Source: Eledone cirrhosa (Eukaryota). Taken from it: a DNA stretch of 64,000 bases. The notes beneath the pieces are model-generated. The model saw only the letters and a list, made by a program, of their open reading frames with translations. It was not told the origin of the DNA and searched no databases. Positions 56,677-64,000 of the stretch are shown one piece after another (position 1 is the stretch's first letter; each line of letters opens with the position of its first letter). The stretch is taken from assembly GCA_964016885.1 (NCBI GenBank), contig OZ024740.1, positions 401,512,001 to 401,576,000 of the forward strand. The letters run 5' to 3'. A program made the translations under genes and the position numbers.

Positions 56677-57538
56677 ATATATATATATATATTGGTAAAC
56701 GGAATAGAAAATGCTGACAAATTGTTCACAGTTGAAAAATAGTTTAATTAGGAATAAAAGAGTATTAGTAATTGTATGAGTTAGTATTCAGTTGTGGTTT
56801 TACGTTTTTAAGTTTTTACCGGTTGCGCATTTATAAATGCTTTTCAAAAATAATTTTGAGATAGAGTGTCCGTGTTGTTTGCTAAGGAACTAGCTGCGCT
56901 GGTTTAATCCCTCTGCATGGCATCTTCGACAAGTGACTTCTATTATAATCTCTAGGTGATCAATGGATTAGGAATGATGCATTGATATACGTAAATTATT
57001 TACTCCTTTCTGAAAACTCTTTGTTATTTATGGATATGAAACGTTTCTCTGTCTTTCCAACGACCCCCAAAACAGGCCACAGCCAGTTTTTACGACGTTG
57101 GATGGAGTCTGCTGTATAATTTTCGAACAGCCATTTCTGCCCGAGGAATAAATACCACACGTCCTTCTTCTACACAAAACGATGCTGTGCGATCGCTGAA
57201 CAGATGTTACGGTCAACGCCAACCGGTGTGCGACACCAATGTAGATCATTAGCAACTTGGTTGCATAATATCCGCGAGGTCGGTTCGTCGTGCTCGGGGG
57301 CCCAGCTTGATCAACTGGCGGCGGCGGCTGGTTACGATACGACCCTCTGGAATAGATGAAGAAGAAGAAGGCACACAAACACGCACACACACACAAATAT
57401 GCGCGCGCACACACACACACACACGCTCATCGCACACATTATAGATATATATATATATATGTCCGTATGTGGTTGACGGCTGAGAGAAAGGAGTACTCAC
57501 TACCGAAGTAGAGTTTTAATATTCTTTTTATTAAGGTT

Positions 57539-57655
57539 AAATAGTGAGTCTTGTTATTCTGGACTTTCGTGTTGTTTATGAAAGGGTCATCAGTCAAGAT
57601 GTCTATTGACCCTGTGATAAAAGGCGAAACTCCAGAGTAACAAGACTCACTATTT
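57539..57655. repeat. Small fold-back containing a degenerate hammerhead core
   Basis: AAATAGTGAGTCTTGTTA.TCTGGA / TCCAGAGTAACAAGACTCACTATTT; minus strand CTGATGA..CGAAA. Confidence 0.65.
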
Positions 57656-59279
57656 GCCCATAACAATATAAATATATATTTATATATATAATTAGACAGT
57701 AAATGTAAACACTTTTCTGATCCATCTCGTCTTCTCTGGCCAAGTGAGAGAGTTTCTACTGTTACACATCATATTCTGTTTCCTAGTGTAGGATGTTTAT
57801 CTCTGACAGATTTGGGGTTTCGGTAGATGGTGTTCTGAATGCAGCAGCTCCTTTGTTACGTTTATCACTATCACTCCTTCTGTTCACTTTATCCTTATCA
57901 ACTCTATTGTCTTTGCTGCTCCTGTTGACACGAAGACATTCAGTGTGTTTTACTGCGACACGTCTAGCATCAAATATTTCTATCCAGCACTACATTGTTC
58001 CCACAGCCGAAACTAGAAATAATTCTAAAATTGTCATGTAATCACTGGCGACCAAGTTGTATTGTATGTTAATTGGGAACCTATCCGATCATATAACATT
58101 CTTCATGATCACACGGCACACTACATTTCCATTCGGTGCCACGAAGAATTTGATTACTTATTGCCAACACTCTTGTTCTTGATCTTCGTATTTATTTGCT
58201 CCAAGTCTTCTGGTACAAGTTTATAGGTCGGTGTATTCTTTCCTAACTTCTAAAAATTATGCCAGCAGATCCGTACGGTTTATCGCACGATATTGTGTTT
58301 AGTTTGTCCACAAAGCTTACCAACGCTACTTTAATTTTTGGAATAAAAAACAGCCCCTAGAGAGACACATACTTAATAAAATACATTCACTATAGAAGAT
58401 TGTCTAGTAGACTTAGAGTTGTTTGTAGCGCTAGAAAAGGAAGAAAAATGAAACGCTCTAAATAATTCATTGCCTTCGTTAATGAATGTTTCATTGTTAA
58501 TGAATATTTCATTGTCAATCCGAGTAAATGTCCCTTTTGAAGATTTCTGTATCACAAGCTAAGTGATGCAGATATCTTCAAAGGGGACATTAACACATTA
58601 TTTATAAAGATATGTAGACACGTTCCAGAAAATATCCTTACTAGTATTTGGAAATATTAATAGTCATTTATGCACAATATTTGTTAACCAAGAACAATTT
58701 TTTACCTTGAATATATTTTGAATCTTTTAACAGGCTCCTCTTTAGAATTTTTGTCAAACATGGAAATGTTATACATATTTTCGGAAGTACAGCTAATTTG
58801 AAAAAGAAAACAAAAACGTAAACGTTCTTAAAGCAGGAATAATAAATTTAATATCTATGTCCTTAGGAAACAAGTTATAGGAAAAATAATAAAAAACATT
58901 AATGGCGATGAATATCCCCAAAAAGCTATTGCGTGAAAAATAGTAAGTTCAGCTTAATATATATAATAGGGACATTAAAAAAAAATATATAAATACTGAG
59001 GTCGTTTATAAAATTATAATAACAAAACATTTGTAGAAGTGTTTCCCTTCTGCCAACAAAACGTAAGTAGTATTAGTCATTACCTACTATTTTAATTTCA
59101 TCCCTATTTATTTCGCTCTAGTTCGTTTTCGAATATTTCGATTATATAGCAGTTGAAGACGAAACTAGAATGATAAATATTGAAGCTAACTCATAAAAGA
59201 ATTTCCTGCCAGTTGATTTTTTGCCCCTAAAATCTGTTCAGAAATTCTCACCTGAGACATTCTAGCCCCATGCCCACAG

Positions 59280-60160
59280 TATCGGAGCTGTGATCTCTCA
59301 ATTCGGAGAAGTAGCGGCTTTACTTGAGCGTCTCACTAATCTCCGTGCTACGCACTCAATTGAGTAACGTTACTTCAGAGACCATTCTGTTGCTTTTATT
59401 CGCGATCGTGTTCTCATCACCATATGTAAGGGTTGACACGAATACCGAATTGAAGATTACGTGTTTGACTTTTGCTCCTACCTCCATTCTTCTGATTACC
59501 GAATGCTGAAGCTGGCGCATTTCACACCAGCTTTTGCGATTCGCTAACTTAATTCAACTTCCTGTCTTCCATCACTCGTCATCACGGACCCGAGATACAT
59601 GAATTTCTCCACCTGATTCAGAGGAGCTCCACTCACATAGAGATTGCAGTGCGCAGGTTTCCTTGATAGGACGAGTGTCTCGGTCTTCGCAGCACTGATT
59701 TTGATTCTAGTCGTGCAGCACACGGAATCAAACCTATCATGTGCATGTCGGAGATCACCTTCTCACGAATTAAGTAATAATATGTCATCTGAAAATGCCA
59801 GCCAACTGATCCTACACCTGCCAGTTGTCATACCACTTCCAACCCGTCTGTGTATGTCACTCCTGTACATAAAGTTTATTACCGGGAGTGATAGTTTCGA
59901 ATTAGCACCATTTATCCGAACACAAATACTGGGGTATCTGTATAGAGATGTCAGGGCAAAAAGAAGCTATCGATCGATCCCATACTCCTGCTTAACCTGC
60001 CACATCAGGCCCCGTGGTGTGTGGTCGTATGCCTTCCCGAAGCAAGATTACAGCTATATGCAGTACTTCCACGATTTCTCAAAACCGCTGCAGTGTGAAT
60101 ACTTGGTCGGCTGTGCCGCGTCCGGGGTGAAAACCACACTCTCATCAGCTAGAAGGAGGC
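59280..60160 (-). mobile_element. RTE LINE remnant, same family as 47215
   Basis: Minus strand KTETLVLSRKPAHCNLYVSGAPLNQVEKFMYLGSV, VIFNSVFVSTLTYGDE. Confidence 0.8.
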
Positions 60161-60562
60161 CATTAGGGATATATCTAAATGTGTAAATCCACACACATGT
60201 TCATATAAGAAATATTCGAAAACAAACTAGAAATAAATAAATAGAGATGAAAATAAAATCACGCTTACACTTACATATGTAGTTATGTTGGTACATGTGA
60301 CGTATAATTCCTTTTTGTTTGTTTGTTTGTTTTTCACTTTCCTTCAACTCGCTGCAGTTCTAACCAGGGTAGTGAACATATATGCTATTTACATAAATAG
60401 TCTATGCTTGGCGGCAATCTATAGAATGTCAAATTAACACTAGGCCTCAGCATCAACATTTACAACAACAACAATAACATCATCAAGAATAACATTAACA
60501 AAATACGTGTAAACTGTGTTTAAATATTACCCAGACATTATAACAACATGGTATTTTATTAT

Positions 60563-60668
<106 letters not shown>

Positions 60669-62995
60669 CAGGAGGAATGGAGTTTGTGACGTCAAATAGT
60701 AGAGGCTTTATTAGTCACATGTAGAGAATTAATGAAAGATGTTTGGTGGGAGAGATGGAAAGAAGGAAGTAAGGGAGAAAACCAGCACGCTGGAAGGAAT
60801 AGAAGAAGGAAGGGTAGGGACAGAAGTAAAAATAAGGTATGGGGAAATGAGAAGGAAAGTACAGAAGAGAGATTGAAATGAAAATTTGAAGAGAAAGTGA
60901 TGAAGGAAAAGTTTGAGAGGGATGTGTGATAATTTGCGAGAAAGAAATTAGATGATGTTTATTATGAAGGAGAGAATGAGTGAAATGGATAGAGAGAGAG
61001 ATATAGAGAGATAGAATGAGAGAGAGAGAGGCGGTGAGTGGGTAGGGAAAGAGGGAGGGATCGGGAGAGAGAAAGACAGGGGAAGAGAACGAAGTGGAGT
61101 CAATATTAGATTAGTTGCTTGAAACGAAATATGCCGACGCACAGGCAATGAAACTTGGTGAGAAAGTAGAAATCTGTCTATAAGATGGGGGAGGCTGCAA
61201 TTAGTACAGGTACTTTTGAAAGATGTACCAAGACAAAATGTTGCACTATGTTATTTTGAGTGAGGGCATATGATGTTTAAATGCATCTCTTATATTCTCA
61301 TTTCAAATACCATTGATTTGCATTTTCATCATGCTGGTGTTGATAAAATAAATGCCACTGAAATACTGAGGTCAGTTTAATTCTCTCTACTGCTAGTCCA
61401 AATGTTGTTCTGTGGCTATGTTAGATAATTGAAGAGACAGATGGACAACAACTCAAGAGAGCATTAGAGGGATAAGGTGAAGGGAATAACTCTTTTAAAG
61501 AGTATACAGCAACCATAGTATCATTACTGAAATATATAATTGTGTCTAATTTAGGCAAAAGGCCTGCAATTTGGTTTGAAGAGGAGGGTTGATTATATTG
61601 ACATCATTTAGTGAATTGGCCATAGGATTATCTACTCCAGTAAATACCACTACATGCCAACCACTAATTTAATTTGTTTAGAAGATGTAAAAGAAATGAC
61701 GATGTAATAATTGAAACATGTCGAATATTTCAGAAACGAGTATCAATAACGACTTGTATTTATTGAAGTGTGCTTGTTACAATTTTGGTAATAAAACGTA
61801 CCTCGTGCTATGATATGGTGTAATCCTGAGATTAGAATAAAGCTTAACATATCTGTGCTTGGTGTGGTCAGTTCTAGATGGAATAGAAAGTTGACCACTG
61901 TTATAGCGTGTTATAACTATTAATCATGAGGCAATTTGTCTGAAGTTTATTTTAGGTTCTGCCAATTCCCCACCTTTTATGGAAATATGTAATGACTGTA
62001 GTAAGAATAAACTGAGCTACATAATAAGGGTGTTTAAATGATTTCCATGTATATAAAAAGCAGACAGTAAAAGAAGAAATCAAAAACATAATTACAAGAA
62101 ATATAGCCCGAGTATTATCAACCGATGGAAATTATAGTAAAACGAAGACAATATGAAAGAAATTGAATAGTCTTTAAAACCAAGTGAGGAAAGCAACCGA
62201 CATAATTCGATATTTTTAGAAACGTTGATCGTATACACTCCAATTCAACAAACAGTCAGAAAGACAAATGTATGAGTGGTTGTTCTTTAATCCCAGGTCA
62301 CTACAAATTGTGCAGAACTATCATCAAAGGCATTCTTTCATTTTTTATTCATATGTGTTGCATTTTAGGAATATATATATATATTTATACTAGGGGAGAA
62401 AGAGAGAAAGAGAAGGAAGCTATATACGAGAGCGGTATGTAGAAAGACAGAGAAGTATAGAGTGAGATAGATAGAGAGGGAGAGAGACTTAAAAGTGATA
62501 GTGATACATACATATTAGGCCAGTTATAATAACAATACATGTGAACATACAATTTAGCCACAGAGAAAGGCTATTTTAACATGAAGTATATTACAACACT
62601 CGAAACACATAAAAGATATTTATGACTATGTTTTTTTTACTTATTAACTCACCACGCCATAAGCATTTCTGTCTATATTTACATAACATTTCTGATGTCG
62701 TTTTTAATTACATTCATATCATATAACATCTATCAAAATCTTGGTGGTAAGTCGGTAAATAGCTTTTCAATTATGAAAGCATTTAGCTTTCATTTCTTCT
62801 AGAACAACCCCGTGTAATTAAGAAATAAAATATTCTGCCGTGAATATATAAGCACAGTAGGATAGTTTCCTCTGACTGTCTGGGCCCTTCTTCGTTGTGA
62901 AAAAAAAACAGCTAAAAATCTTGCCTAAGTCCGTTTTAATCGACTCTTCAGGGGTTCTGAAGAAATTATGAAGTTTATTGAGATCATATTACAAT

Positions 62996-63026
<31 letters not shown>

Positions 63027-63926
63027 ACGTTTACATTTGTACGACAATACAGAGACAATGTTCATACATTTGTATGTTGTTCAATAGACGGGAACATTCA
63101 AGGAACATAGCTGGAATGAAAAATGAATTTCGCGACTAGATGAATCCATTCTATGTTTTAAATAGGGAAAGCGTGTGAAGGAAGAAAAGTTTTCCAATAA
63201 TATTCTCCAACGTGTCATGAATATACTTTGGTTGTGTTCAAGACAATAGGATACATTGTTTATAGATAAGATTCTGTTTACATTTAAAAGATTATTTAAA
63301 CAAATAAAAGCAATAATAATAATTATTATCATTAATAATTTTCATGGTTCATTTTTCTAAATCTCAGTCATTTAGATGTTAAATAATCTGGATATTTCAG
63401 TTAGGGAACAGTAAAAAAAATGTTGACAAAGGTCCCTCACAGCATCCTCTCCTTGCATAGATAATACATTCCTTACATTTCTTATTTGTATTAAGAAGTA
63501 CTGTTTTCTGCATGGCCCGTAACTCTGCATCAATTCCAATTCTATTTAGAGTCTTCAAAACTGTACGATATGAATCTCAATGCCCCAATTACCACTGGAA
63601 TCATTAAAATCTTCTTCCCCCTCAACAACTTTCGATCCTCTTCCTTCTGTGTCTCATACTTTTATATCTTTTCGTGCTCTTTATTCTCCACTCTACTATA
63701 TCCTGGGACAGATAATACAATACAATATGGCTGAGAGTTCATGCTTTTTGATTCACACATTCAACATAATGGTGATTCCATCGTTTCGTCAACATGATAT
63801 TCGAAGAGCTTTTCCTGGCTCCGACGCACTCTTCCTGTTGCTTTTAAATCAAAACATAACACACTTATATATCATATATATACATATATCTACAAATGTA
63901 ACAACATCTCCACCTCAGCTCAGTAT

Positions 63927-64000
<74 letters not shown>
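63927..64000. repeat. (CT)n(TA)n microsatellite
   Basis: Direct reading. Confidence 0.95.

Noticed and set aside
59644-60186. 180-aa plus-strand ORF as a host exon
   Set aside because: Antisense to an RTE remnant; no recognisable domain.

Overview
AT-rich eukaryotic (metazoan) genomic DNA, almost entirely repeats. The SINE family, the huge (TA)n/(CA)n tracts and the LINE mix suggest an octopus or other cephalopod (inference). No host protein-coding gene is evident. Contents: a 6.2-kb satellite of 28-bp units; a truncated R4/Dong-type RLE LINE; a full-length but frameshifted Tx1/L1-clade LINE plus a decayed copy and 3' ends; a near-full CR1-group LINE; several RTE fragments; a mariner remnant and a pogo/Tigger-like MITE; about ten tRNA-derived SINE copies; and many Penelope-like (PLE) fragments. 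The strongest signal is a set of short, mostly non-coding direct- or inverted-repeat modules sitting in (TA)n tracts that carry type I hammerhead ribozymes read by eye. Two families share a compensatory U3:A8 core, and one has two hammerheads 595 nt apart (retrozyme-like). The satellite monomer also appears to derive from the head of the SINE it runs into. All calls are by inspection; no searches or folding programs were run.
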